A stretch of 64,000 nucleotides of DNA from Acholeplasmataceae bacterium (GTDB lineage Bacteria > Bacillota_I > Bacilli_A > Acholeplasmatales > Acholeplasmataceae). The stretch is taken from NCBI GenBank assembly GCA_963667565.1, contig OY763415.1, positions 128,001-192,000 on the forward strand, given 5' to 3'. Position 1 is the first letter of the stretch, and the number at the start of each line of letters is the position of its first letter. A program made the translations under genes and the position numbers. Below are positions 17,325-26,731 of this stretch, piece by piece. A model generated the notes under the pieces. It did not search any database, was not told the origin of the DNA, and saw nothing but the letters and a program-made list of their open reading frames with translations.

Positions 17325-18315
17325 TATGCCAGAATATGATATGTTTGTTGGCTTAAATGAAATGGAAAAAATTGAATCTCATATTAAAGAAATATATGCA
17401 TATGATGAAGTGTTTATTGTTACTGATGAATTGGTATATTCGCACTATAAAGCGAAAATAGGTGATTGGTTTAGTGCGTTTAAATACCAAATTATACTTG
17501 TTCCTGAAGGTGAAAAATCAAAGTCTTTTGATATATATTTAAAAGCTATTGACGACCTCATTAAAGCGGGATTAAAAAGACAACATTTAATCATTGCCTT
17601 AGGTGGTGGTGTCATTGGTGATTTAACTGGTTTTATCGCATCTACGATTTATAGAGGCGTACCTTTTATGCAAATACCTACAACACTTTTATCGATGGTA
17701 GATAGCAGTATAGGTGGTAAAGTAGGCATTGATTTGGAACAAGGTAAAAATCTTATTGGTTCTTTTTATCAACCTAAAAAAGTAATCATTGATCCACAGT
17801 TTTTAAATACGCTTAGTGTGCTTGAATATCGAAATGGTCTTGCAGAAATGATTAAAGCAGGACTTATTGGAAATAAAGAATTATTTGAGTTTTTTCTAAC
17901 ACATGATCAAGTCACTGAAAAAGAAATTATTGAGGCAATTGAGGTAAAAAGACAAGTTGTACTCATAGATCCTTATGATTATAAAGAGCGTATGTATTTA
18001 AACTTTGGACACTCTTATGGTCATGCGATAGAAAAGAAAACAAAGTATAGCGTATATAAGCATGGACAAGCTATTAGTTATGGTATGCTTATCGCTTTAG
18101 AAATAGGGATACTTGAGGGTATTACACGCCCATGTTTATATGATGAAGTTAAAAAAGTGTTACTGAGATTAGAACTTGTAAAACAACCTTTATTAGAAAA
18201 AGAAGATTTCCAAGATGAATTAAAATACGACAAAAAAAATATGGCAAACGGATATCATTTTGTATTTATTAAAGACATTGGTGTACCTGTTATTAAAACC
18301 ATTAAGATTGGATAA
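17311..18315 (+). CDS. aroB: 3-dehydroquinate synthase
   Basis: GEKSKS, ALGGGVIGDLTGF, PTTLLSMVDSSIGGK and LNFGHSYGHAIE. Confidence 0.95.
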   Translation: MTKISMPEYDMFVGLNEMEKIESHIKEIYAYDEVFIVTDELVYSHYKAKIGDWFSAFKYQIILVPEGEKSKSFDIYLKAIDDLIKAGLKRQHLIIALGGGVIGDLTGFIASTIYRGVPFMQIPTTLLSMVDSSIGGKVGIDLEQGKNLIGSFYQPKKVIIDPQFLNTLSVLEYRNGLAEMIKAGLIGNKELFEFFLTHDQVTEKEIIEAIEVKRQVVLIDPYDYKERMYLNFGHSYGHAIEKKTKYSVYKHGQAISYGMLIALEIGILEGITRPCLYDEVKKVLLRLELVKQPLLEKEDFQDELKYDKKNMANGYHFVFIKDIGVPVIKTIKIG

Positions 18316-18319
18316 AATT

Positions 18320-19582
18320 ATGGATATTAAAATATGTCCCAAAAGTTTAAGTGGACAAATTGACGTTGTATCATCTAAATCTTTATCACATCGTTATGTG
18401 ATTGCTGCTGCACTTTCTAATCGTGAAAGTGTAGTTAAGAATGTATTAGATTCTAAAGATTTAGAAGCTACAAAAGATGCACTTTCAATTTTAGGTGCAA
18501 AATTTAATCAAGATCACATAGTGCCACTAGATTTTAATGTAGGTGTACAAAAGATCAATGTTAAAGAATCGGGATCAACGTTAAGATTTATGATTCCTAT
18601 TTATATGCTTACTGATCAAAAGATAGAAATCTATGGTGAAAATAGACTTATTGATCGACCTTTAGATGTATACGAAGACTTATTTCGAAATCGAAATGTT
18701 ACATTTCTACATCTAGATCACAATCATCAACTTCCGCTTCTTGTGAAGGGAAAACTAAAAGGTGGCCATTTTGCCCTCAGAGGTGATGTAAGTTCTCAAT
18801 TCATCAGTGGATTGTTATTTGCTTTACCATTACTAAAAAAAGATTCTGTGATTGAACTTACAACACCACTTGAATCTAAAGGTTATGTAGATTTAACACT
18901 AGATGTCTTAAAAAAGTATGGTATTCATATATTAAGAGTTGATCAATATATCTATATTAAAGGTGGTCAGCATTATCAAGCTAAAGACCAAATTGTTGAA
19001 GGTGATTTCTCACAATCAGTCTTTTGGTTTGCTGCTGGTCTTTTTGGAAATCATGAACTTAAATTAAATAACTTAAATGATCAAAGCCTTCAAGGTGATA
19101 AAGCATGTGTTGATATCCTTAAATCTATGGGTGCTGACATTACTTATGAGCAAGGTATATATCGTGTAACACCAACAAAGTTGCGACAAACAACCATTGA
19201 TTTAGCCCAAGTACCTGATTTAGGTCCTATGCTGATGGGGGTTGCAGCTTTAAGCCAAGGTGTAACAACATTTATAAATTTTGAAAGATTACGAATCAAA
19301 GAATCCGACCGTGTTGAAGCAATGAAAGATGTACTTAAAAGATTTGGTGTCGACATGAAAGTGTTAGATGATAAAATAGAAATACAAGGTGTTGAACAAT
19401 TAAAAGGTGATGTAGAAATAAATACATTTAACGATCATAGAATCGCTATGGCGGCTTCTATTCTAGCGATTAAAGCAAGTGGTCCTGTGGTGATTAAACA
19501 AGCAGAATGTGTTGAAAAATCGTATCCAACATTTTTTGAAGCATATAAAAAACTAGGTGGTGACATACATGAACTTAGATGA
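18320..19582 (+). CDS. aroA: EPSP synthase
   Basis: SKSLSHR, ESGSTLRF, SSQFISGLL, RIKESDR, DHRIAM and KSYPTFF; start moved to ATG 18320. Confidence 0.95.
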   Translation: MDIKICPKSLSGQIDVVSSKSLSHRYVIAAALSNRESVVKNVLDSKDLEATKDALSILGAKFNQDHIVPLDFNVGVQKINVKESGSTLRFMIPIYMLTDQKIEIYGENRLIDRPLDVYEDLFRNRNVTFLHLDHNHQLPLLVKGKLKGGHFALRGDVSSQFISGLLFALPLLKKDSVIELTTPLESKGYVDLTLDVLKKYGIHILRVDQYIYIKGGQHYQAKDQIVEGDFSQSVFWFAAGLFGNHELKLNNLNDQSLQGDKACVDILKSMGADITYEQGIYRVTPTKLRQTTIDLAQVPDLGPMLMGVAALSQGVTTFINFERLRIKESDRVEAMKDVLKRFGVDMKVLDDKIEIQGVEQLKGDVEINTFNDHRIAMAASILAIKASGPVVIKQAECVEKSYPTFFEAYKKLGGDIHELR

Positions 19583-19829
19583 ATTAAGAAGTAAGATTAA
19601 TGAAATCGATGAAAACATTTTAGCGTTATTTGAAGAAAGAATGCACGTTGCTAAACAAATAGGTATGTATAAAAAGGAACATAATCTTCCTGTTTTAGAT
19701 CAATCAAGAGAAGATGCATTATTAAATTTGATGAAATCTAAAGTAAAAGATCATGAGCTTTTAAATTTATATGAGGCATTTTTAAAACATTTAATGACAC
19801 TTTCAAAGGCATATCAAAATGAAATATAA
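19569..19829 (+). CDS. Chorismate mutase (AroQ class)
   Basis: LDELRSKINEIDENILALFEERM...IGMYK...VLDQSRE...SKAYQ. Confidence 0.9.
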   Translation: MNLDELRSKINEIDENILALFEERMHVAKQIGMYKKEHNLPVLDQSREDALLNLMKSKVKDHELLNLYEAFLKHLMTLSKAYQNEI

Positions 19830-20598
19830 TCTTGCAATACTAGGACAAGGTATTAGTTATAGTTTGTCACCTCAAATTCATTCTGTGATTGGTGATTTAA
19901 TTGATGAAGAAATCACTTATGAATTAAAGGATATTCAAAGACAAGATTTAGCACAAGCTATTCAAGCATTAAAAAATCATGAGTATCAAGGATATAATGT
20001 CACAAAACCTTATAAAGAAATCATTCTTGATGATGTTGAACACTTATCTGATGTTGCTAAAAAACTAAAAGCTGTTAATACACTCTTTATTAAAGACGGT
20101 AAAGTTTATGGGGATAATACGGATGTCTTTGGATTTGAATATTTATTAGATTATTACCGTATTCAAGTAAGTCAAAAACATGTCCTTATTCTTGGTACAG
20201 GTGGTGCAGCAAAAGCTGTATGTCATGTGTTAAAAAAAAGAGGTGCACATGTTACATACGCTTCAAGAAATAGTTTAAAAGAAATGGATGAGAAAGTTAT
20301 AAGTTATGATCAAATCAATCCAGACGATGTTGACATCTATGTTAACGCAACACCGATTGGAACTTTTCCTAAGATGGATCTTGCTGTTCTTAAACAAGAA
20401 CAAGTTACTAATCAAATCATCATAGATCTTATTTATAGACCAAATCGAACAAAACTAATGTCATTTGCAAAGACTTCATATAATGGATTTGTAATGTTAT
20501 TAGCACAAGCGATTAAAAGTGAAATGCTATGGTTAAATAAACCATTAAATATACATGATATTTTAGATAGATTAAAGGAAGTGATCATATATGAATAG
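19819..20598 (+). CDS. aroE: Shikimate dehydrogenase
   Basis: SLSPQIH, GYNVTKPYKE, AVNT, GDNTD, LGTGGAAKA and NATPIG. Confidence 0.93.
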   Translation: MKYNLAILGQGISYSLSPQIHSVIGDLIDEEITYELKDIQRQDLAQAIQALKNHEYQGYNVTKPYKEIILDDVEHLSDVAKKLKAVNTLFIKDGKVYGDNTDVFGFEYLLDYYRIQVSQKHVLILGTGGAAKAVCHVLKKRGAHVTYASRNSLKEMDEKVISYDQINPDDVDIYVNATPIGTFPKMDLAVLKQEQVTNQIIIDLIYRPNRTKLMSFAKTSYNGFVMLLAQAIKSEMLWLNKPLNIHDILDRLKEVIIYE

Positions 20599-21577
20599 TT
20601 ATGGAACATTATTTAAAGTCACACTTTATGGCGAATCACATCAAGACGCAATTGGTGTTGTAGTTGATGGAGTCAAACCAGGAACTAAAATCGATTTAGG
20701 ACTTATTCAAAATGATTTAGAATTAAGAAAACCTAAAGACATTGGAACAACGCCTAGAAAAGAAGATGATGATGTAATTATCACATCCGGTGTTTTTAAT
20801 GGATTTGCTACAGGTTCTCCGATACACTTAATGATCGAAAATAAAAATGTTAAATCAAAAGATTATGATCACTTAAAAAAACAACCAAGACCTGGCCATG
20901 CTGATTTTGTTGCTGAAGTGAAATATCAAGGTTTTCAAGATCACAGAGGCGGTGGACGTTTTTCTGGAAGGCTCACTGCGGCTTTAGTTGCTGCAGGATC
21001 GATTGCAAAAATGATGGTACCCTATCATTTTAGTCATGAACTGATCCAAGTAGGAACACTAAAAGATATGTCTAAACTTGATTCGTATTTAAAAGAAATC
21101 ACTGCTAGTGGTGATTCTGTAGGTGGCATCATAGAATTAAAGGTTTCAAATGTAGGTGTTGGATTAGGTGAACCATTCTTTGAAAAATTAGATGCTGAAA
21201 TTGCAAAAATGATGTTTAGTATACCTGCTGTAAAAGGTGTAGAATTTGGTATAGGTTTTGAAGGTGTAAACATGCTAGGATCAGAATTTAATGATCTTAT
21301 CATTGATGAGCATGGAACAACTAAGACCAACCATAGTGGTGGTGTGACTGGAGGTATTTCAAACGGGAACGAAATCACATTAAAAGTATTTATAAAACCG
21401 ACTTCAAGCATCCAAAAAAGACAAGAAACATTTAATTTTGAATCATCACAAATTGAAGGTTTAAATATAGGTGGTAGACATGATGTTGCGATTGTTAGAA
21501 GAGTCGGAATTGTCTTAGAAAATGTACTTGCGATTGTTATGGCAGACGCGATGCTAAAATCCAAAATTTACCAATAA
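20591..21577 (+). CDS. aroC: Chorismate synthase
   Basis: GESH, RPGHAD, GGGRFSGR, SIPAVKGVEFG, GGISNG, KPTSSI and GRHD. Confidence 0.95.
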   Translation: MNSYGTLFKVTLYGESHQDAIGVVVDGVKPGTKIDLGLIQNDLELRKPKDIGTTPRKEDDDVIITSGVFNGFATGSPIHLMIENKNVKSKDYDHLKKQPRPGHADFVAEVKYQGFQDHRGGGRFSGRLTAALVAAGSIAKMMVPYHFSHELIQVGTLKDMSKLDSYLKEITASGDSVGGIIELKVSNVGVGLGEPFFEKLDAEIAKMMFSIPAVKGVEFGIGFEGVNMLGSEFNDLIIDEHGTTKTNHSGGVTGGISNGNEITLKVFIKPTSSIQKRQETFNFESSQIEGLNIGGRHDVAIVRRVGIVLENVLAIVMADAMLKSKIYQ

Positions 21578-21580
21578 ATT

Positions 21581-21625
21581 AAAAAAAATCCAAAATTTAA
21601 GTTCTTTTAAATGATGGATTTTTTT
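21581..21625 (+). terminator. Terminator after aroC
   Basis: AAAAAAATCCA...TGGATTTTTTT inverted repeat. Confidence 0.6.
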
Positions 21626-21636
21626 ATTTGCAAAAT

Positions 21637-21650
21637 TGTAAACGTTATCA
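21637..21650 (+). promoter_or_regulatory. cre-like (CcpA/LacI-family) site upstream of the hydrogenase operon
   Basis: TGTAAACGTTATCA fits TGWAANCGNTNWCA at every position. TTGACA lies at 21673 and TG-A-TATAAT at 21702-21710. Confidence 0.55.
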
Positions 21651-21749
21651 TCTAATTTACAAGGCAAAAAACTTGACAAGCAATTATTTTAAAAAATAAT
21701 GTGATATAATCAAGGTAGAAATTATCGACTCTATTTAAAGGAGAAAAAT

Positions 21750-22247
21750 ATGAATAAGAGATATGAATTTAGCGAAGAGCAAATGAGTTTTTTTCATGCG
21801 AAGATGGATGAAAATATGTTAAAACCAGGGCCATTAATGCCTACGCTTCATGATGCACAACACATCTTTGGATTTATACCATTAGAAATCCAAAAAATCA
21901 TTAGTCAAAAGCTAGGCATCAGTGTTGCTAAAATAAATGGTGTTGTTACTTTTTATGGCAACTTCTCAGTTGAACCAAAAGGTAAACATGAAATCCATGT
22001 ATGTTTAGGTACTGCATGTTATGTTCGTGGTTCAAAAAATATTATGGAAACTTTAGAAAATCATTATCACATTAAAGACGGTGAAACAACCAAAGATGGT
22101 GAAATCACTTTAATGGCAACCAGATGTGTTGGTGCATGTGGACTTGCACCTGTCTTTTCAGTTGATGGTCATATTTATGGAACTGCTAATGTTTCTAAAA
22201 CAAATGATGTTATTAAATCTTTAGAGGAAACAGAACATGAAGCTTGA
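21750..22247 (+). CDS. [FeFe]-hydrogenase NuoE-like [2Fe-2S] subunit (HydC/HndA type)
   Basis: GVVTFY, VCLGTACYVRG and RCVGACGLAP. Confidence 0.92.
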   Translation: MNKRYEFSEEQMSFFHAKMDENMLKPGPLMPTLHDAQHIFGFIPLEIQKIISQKLGISVAKINGVVTFYGNFSVEPKGKHEIHVCLGTACYVRGSKNIMETLENHYHIKDGETTKDGEITLMATRCVGACGLAPVFSVDGHIYGTANVSKTNDVIKSLEETEHEA

Positions 22248-22620
22248 TGATTTGATCAAAAGATATCAATGTCATGTCTATACGCCTGAGTTACTTATGG
22301 ATATGGATGTCACTTATGCTTTTTGTTCAGATTTAATGAGTGATGCACTCATTATCATGAATAGTGTTAAAGATGATGAAATATTGGATCATGCGATTTT
22401 AATCACGGGTCTTGTCACACAACAATCCATTAGAACTGCAGAAATGCTTGATGTGAATGTCGTTCTATTAGTTAGAGGAAAAATACCTTCAACAAAAGTT
22501 ATAGATCTTGCATATGAATCAAAAATCATTTTATTAAAAACAGACTATACAATGTTTAATACAAGCGGTATGATGTATCGCGATGGTATTAAAGGTATTT
22601 CATATAACGAACAATGGTAA
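22237..22620 (+). CDS. DRTGG-domain protein
   Basis: AFCSDLMSDAL, LITGL, IRTAEM and VRGK.P, typical of hydrogenase-linked DRTGG proteins. Confidence 0.75.
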   Translation: MKLDDLIKRYQCHVYTPELLMDMDVTYAFCSDLMSDALIIMNSVKDDEILDHAILITGLVTQQSIRTAEMLDVNVVLLVRGKIPSTKVIDLAYESKIILLKTDYTMFNTSGMMYRDGIKGISYNEQW

Positions 22621-23030
22621 AAATAGAATATCAAATCATCGCAAGAAATTATGAGCTTGCAGGCAGAGCGTCTTCAAGCATTAAACGATACTTAAAACAA
22701 GAAAATATCGATCGTCATCTTACAAAACGCATTTGTTCAGCATCTTATGAAGCAGAAATAAATGTCGTGATTCACTCTGTTGGTGGTTATGTAGTATTTG
22801 AACATACAAATGACAAAATCGAAATGAATTTTTATGATGATGGTCCAGGAATCTTAGATATTGAACTGGCTATGACCGAAGGTTATTCAACAGCTTCTGA
22901 ATCAGCACACTTAAATGGTTTTGGCGCAGGTATGGGATTATCAAATATCAAAAAATGTGCAGATGAGATGATGATTGAATCATCAAATGAAGGTACACAT
23001 TTAAAATTGATTTTCCATTTAGGTGAATGA
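22614..23030 (+). CDS. Anti-sigma-factor-type Ser/Thr kinase (RsbT/RsbW-like HATPase)
   Basis: YEAEINVVIH, DDGPGI, AMTEGYSTA and GFGAGMGLSNIK. Confidence 0.85.
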   Translation: MVKIEYQIIARNYELAGRASSSIKRYLKQENIDRHLTKRICSASYEAEINVVIHSVGGYVVFEHTNDKIEMNFYDDGPGILDIELAMTEGYSTASESAHLNGFGAGMGLSNIKKCADEMMIESSNEGTHLKLIFHLGE

Positions 23031-23031
23031 C

Positions 23032-23370
23032 ATGAAACAAATCAATCAAATCATAAGTTCAAATCAATATAAATTAATAACAATTCAAGAAACTTCAAAA
23101 AATGTATTTGAAACAGTTTATGCTTGTGACTTACTTAGTGCAGTGATTAAACATGGTTCTAAATCCCCATTGCTTATTACACAAATCGCATCAGTCACAA
23201 CCATTGGTTTATGCACCATGCTTGATTTACCAGCAGTCATCATTACAGAAGGTAAAATGTTAGATGATTTTTCTATTGAAAAAGCAAATGAAGAGAATTT
23301 AGCTGTTATATATACGCATTTAACATCAGCAGAAGTCATCATTGACTTAAAGGATAGAAACATTTTATGA
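23032..23370 (+). CDS. Second DRTGG-domain protein
   Basis: VYACDLLSAV, LLITQ, AVIITEG and KANEE; AGGTG RBS before ATG 23032. Confidence 0.7.
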   Translation: MKQINQIISSNQYKLITIQETSKNVFETVYACDLLSAVIKHGSKSPLLITQIASVTTIGLCTMLDLPAVIITEGKMLDDFSIEKANEENLAVIYTHLTSAEVIIDLKDRNIL

Positions 23371-24044
23371 TTTATTATTATGATTTACACATTCACAGTG
23401 TGTTATCACCTTGTGCAGATATCTTAATGACACCAAACAATATACTTAATATGGCAATGCTAAAACAACTAGACATCATCGCAATCACCGACCATAACAG
23501 TTTGAAACAAACACCAATCTTAAATGACATATCTAAAAGTTACGATATGCTTTATATACCTGGTGTAGAAGTTACAGTGAAAGAAGGCTTTGATGTTTTA
23601 ATTTATTTAAAAAACATCGAGGATGCAATGTCATTGGATCGTTTTCTTTCAAATTTTATTGTTCATCAAGATGTAGATTTAAATAAATATAACATTCAAA
23701 CCATATGTGATATAAACGATGAGACTGAAAACATTTATCCTTATTTATTATCGGGACCATTAATGCTTACATTTGAAGATTTGCTTCACTATTTATCATC
23801 CATGGAGCATTTAATATTTTATGCTCATGTTGATAGATATATAGATAAGGTCATTGATTTTGTTAAGAAGTATCCATGTCATGGCGTTGAATACAAACAT
23901 AAAATATGTTTTGAAAATATGAATTACATCATGAATTCAGATGCCCATCAAATCATCGACATTTTAGAAAGAACGAAACATAATCAAATCGATTTAGAAC
24001 ATTTGGATATTGATTGTTTCTTTAAGGTATTCAATCATGGATGA
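23367..24044 (+). CDS. PHP-domain metal-dependent phosphoesterase
   Basis: DLHIHSVLSPC, AITDHN, GVEV, AHVDR and SDAH. Confidence 0.88.
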   Translation: MIYYYDLHIHSVLSPCADILMTPNNILNMAMLKQLDIIAITDHNSLKQTPILNDISKSYDMLYIPGVEVTVKEGFDVLIYLKNIEDAMSLDRFLSNFIVHQDVDLNKYNIQTICDINDETENIYPYLLSGPLMLTFEDLLHYLSSMEHLIFYAHVDRYIDKVIDFVKKYPCHGVEYKHKICFENMNYIMNSDAHQIIDILERTKHNQIDLEHLDIDCFFKVFNHG

Positions 24045-24549
24045 TTTAACATCTTATATATTTGATTTATCACAAAATGCATTTAATGCAAACTCGACAT
24101 ATTTAAAGATATTGATTGAAAAAGATGAACAATATCGCTTAAGTCTTATTGATCATGGCAAAGGCATTAAAAAAAGTGATTTGATCAAAATATCATCACC
24201 ATTTTATACAACTAGAACAACAAGAGATGTTGGCTTAGGTATTCCTTTGATGTTGCTGCTTTGTGAACAAACTGAAGGGTCACATGAGTTTAAATCAATA
24301 AGACACATGGGAACAAGACTTACATTTGTTTTAAATCATCATCATCTTGATTTTCCTAAAGAAGGAGATTATGGCATGTTGATTGCAGATTTAGTCATGC
24401 ATCAAGATTTAAAAAAGTTAGTCTTTACATACACATGTCAAGGGCAAACCTACATATATAAATATAAGAAAAACAAACAAACAAAAAAACGAAAAGAATT
24501 GATACAAGAAATCAATACACATATAAACAGAATTGAGGGAAGACTATGA
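24037..24549 (+). CDS. Stand-alone HATPase_c (histidine-kinase-like ATPase) protein
   Basis: DLSQNA, DHGKGI and SPFYTTRTTRDVGLGIP; no sensor or HisKA region. Confidence 0.8.
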   Translation: MDDLTSYIFDLSQNAFNANSTYLKILIEKDEQYRLSLIDHGKGIKKSDLIKISSPFYTTRTTRDVGLGIPLMLLLCEQTEGSHEFKSIRHMGTRLTFVLNHHHLDFPKEGDYGMLIADLVMHQDLKKLVFTYTCQGQTYIYKYKKNKQTKKRKELIQEINTHINRIEGRL

Positions 24550-24926
24550 AATCTTTAGAAGAATTAAAGAAATTAAGAGATGCATCGCTTAAGAAAATGA
24601 CGATGCGTTATACAAAAGATGGTTTTAGAGTACAAGTCGGTATGGCAACTTGTGGGATTGCTTCTGGAGCTAGACCTATTCTTAATGAGTTTTTAGAACA
24701 AATCGAACACCATGATTTAAAAAATGTTACCATCACTCAAGTTGGTTGCATGGGCGAATGTGCATTTGAACCTATGGCAGAGATTGTTGATGCATCTGGA
24801 CAATCATATATTTATTGTTCACTTACCATTCCTATGGTTAGAGAAATCGTTGAAAAACACATTATGAATCATCAACCAATCACTAAATATTTATTATCTA
24901 CAAGAAAGGGTGATCCTTCATGCTAG
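24546..24926 (+). CDS. Thioredoxin-like [2Fe-2S] hydrogenase subunit (HndB/HydD type)
   Basis: VGMATCGIASGA and VGCMGECAFEP. Confidence 0.88.
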   Translation: MKSLEELKKLRDASLKKMTMRYTKDGFRVQVGMATCGIASGARPILNEFLEQIEHHDLKNVTITQVGCMGECAFEPMAEIVDASGQSYIYCSLTIPMVREIVEKHIMNHQPITKYLLSTRKGDPSC

Positions 24927-26731
24927 AACGTATACAATTACTTATTTGTGGTGGAACAGGATGTATGAGTTCTCATTCAAAAGAAATTAAAGAGTCTTTT
25001 GAAAAAACACTACGCACCATGGGTATCAAAGAAGAAGTTAATGTTGTACTAACAGGTTGTTTTGGACTTTGTGAAAGAGGCCCAGTTGTTATTGTTTATC
25101 CAGATGAAACTTTTTATGCACATGTCACAATTGATGATGTAGAAGAAATCTGTGAAGAACATCTACTTAAAGGTCGTCCTGTCAAACGTCTATTAGTTAA
25201 AGATCCTTCTGATAAACAAAAAATTGGCCACATGAGTGAACTTAAATTTTATGCAAAACAAAGAAGAATTGCATTAAGAAATTGTGGAAATATTAATCCA
25301 TTAGATATAGATGAATATATTGCTAAAGATGGTTATCGCGCATTAGGAGAAATCTTAGAAAGCAAATCTCAAGATGAGGTCATTGATGAAATGATTAAAT
25401 CTGGATTAAGAGGTCGTGGTGGAGGAGGATTCCCTACTGGACTTAAATGGCAATTTGCAAAACGTGCTCAATCTGATCAAAAATTTGTCATTTGTAATGC
25501 TGATGAGGGTGATCCAGGTGCATTCATGGATCGTGCGATTCTTGAAGGTGATCCGCATTCAGTCTTAGAAGCTATGGCTATTTGTGGATATGCTATTGGT
25601 TCTACACAAGGTTATATTTATGTAAGAGCAGAATATCCAGTTGCTGTTGAAAGATTAAACTTTGCAATTGATCAAGCTAGAAATTATGGATTATTAGGAG
25701 AACATATTTTTGGTAGTGAATTTTCATTTGATATTGAATTAAGACTTGGTGCTGGTGCATTCGTCTGTGGTGAAGAAACAGCACTTATTCAATCCATAGA
25801 AGGTTATCGTGGTATGCCTAAATTAAAGCCACCGTTTCCAGCTATTAAAGGTTTATGGGATAAATCTACAAATGTTAACAATGTTGAAACATTAGCAAAT
25901 ATTCCAGTTATTTTCTTAAGAGGTGCTGATTGGTTTAGATCTATTGGTACAGAAAAATCAAGTGGAACAAAAGTATTCGCACTTGGTGGAAAAATTAACA
26001 ATACAGGATTAGTTGAAGTACCAATGGGAACAACACTTAGAGAAGTTATTTATGATATCGGTGGCGGTATTCCTAATCGTCGTAAATTCAAAGCTGTTCA
26101 AACGGGTGGTCCATCAGGTGGATGTATCACTGAAAAAGATTTGGATAAACCTATTGATTATGAAACACTTACAGGACTTGGATCAATGATGGGCTCTGGT
26201 GGTATGATCATCATGGATGAAGATAATTGTATGGTTGACGTTGCTAGATTTTATTTAGATTTTACAGTTGACGAATCATGCGGGAAATGTACACCATGTC
26301 GTGAAGGAACTAAACAAATGCTTGAAATCTTAAATCGTATTTGTGATGGCGATGGTACGATGGAAGATTTGGATGAATTACAAAGTTTAGGTGAAATGAT
26401 TCAAAAAACCTCTTTATGCGGTTTAGGTCAAACTGCACCTAATCCAGTGCTATCAACATTAAAGCATTTTAGAGATGAATATGAAGCACATGTTAAAGAT
26501 CATGTGTGTCCTGCAGGTGTATGTAGCAACTTAACAAACTTTGTCATTAATGATGATTGTATCGGTTGTACTAAGTGTGCTAGAAACTGCCCAGTAAACG
26601 CAATTTCAGGTCTACCAAAACAAATTCATATGATAGATTTAGATTTATGTATAAGATGTGGAGCTTGTAAGAAAGCATGTCCAGTTGGAGCAATCACAAG
26701 CGAACCACTTAACGAAGGAGAGAGAGCATGA
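24920..26731 (+). CDS. NuoF-like FMN/NAD(H) diaphorase subunit (HydB/HndC type)
   Basis: N-terminal CGGTGC...GCFGLC, GLRGRGGGGFPTG, NADEGDPGAFMDR, GAFVCGEET, SCGKCTPCREG, and two C-terminal CxxCxxCxxxCP clusters. Confidence 0.95.
   Translation: MLERIQLLICGGTGCMSSHSKEIKESFEKTLRTMGIKEEVNVVLTGCFGLCERGPVVIVYPDETFYAHVTIDDVEEICEEHLLKGRPVKRLLVKDPSDKQKIGHMSELKFYAKQRRIALRNCGNINPLDIDEYIAKDGYRALGEILESKSQDEVIDEMIKSGLRGRGGGGFPTGLKWQFAKRAQSDQKFVICNADEGDPGAFMDRAILEGDPHSVLEAMAICGYAIGSTQGYIYVRAEYPVAVERLNFAIDQARNYGLLGEHIFGSEFSFDIELRLGAGAFVCGEETALIQSIEGYRGMPKLKPPFPAIKGLWDKSTNVNNVETLANIPVIFLRGADWFRSIGTEKSSGTKVFALGGKINNTGLVEVPMGTTLREVIYDIGGGIPNRRKFKAVQTGGPSGGCITEKDLDKPIDYETLTGLGSMMGSGGMIIMDEDNCMVDVARFYLDFTVDESCGKCTPCREGTKQMLEILNRICDGDGTMEDLDELQSLGEMIQKTSLCGLGQTAPNPVLSTLKHFRDEYEAHVKDHVCPAGVCSNLTNFVINDDCIGCTKCARNCPVNAISGLPKQIHMIDLDLCIRCGACKKACPVGAITSEPLNEGERA

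Noticed and set aside
21034..21564. 176-aa minus-strand ORF
   Set aside because: Antisense shadow of aroC in mirrored codon phase with no motif. The same applies to the other short overlapping ORFs in the track (e.g. 3316-3645, 27333-27656, 57619-57918).
21636..21662. Rex operator (TTGTAAA...TTTACAA) at the hydrogenase promoter
   Set aside because: The half-sites are 13 bp apart, whereas Rex boxes have a 4-bp spacer (TTGTGAA-N4-TTCACAA).
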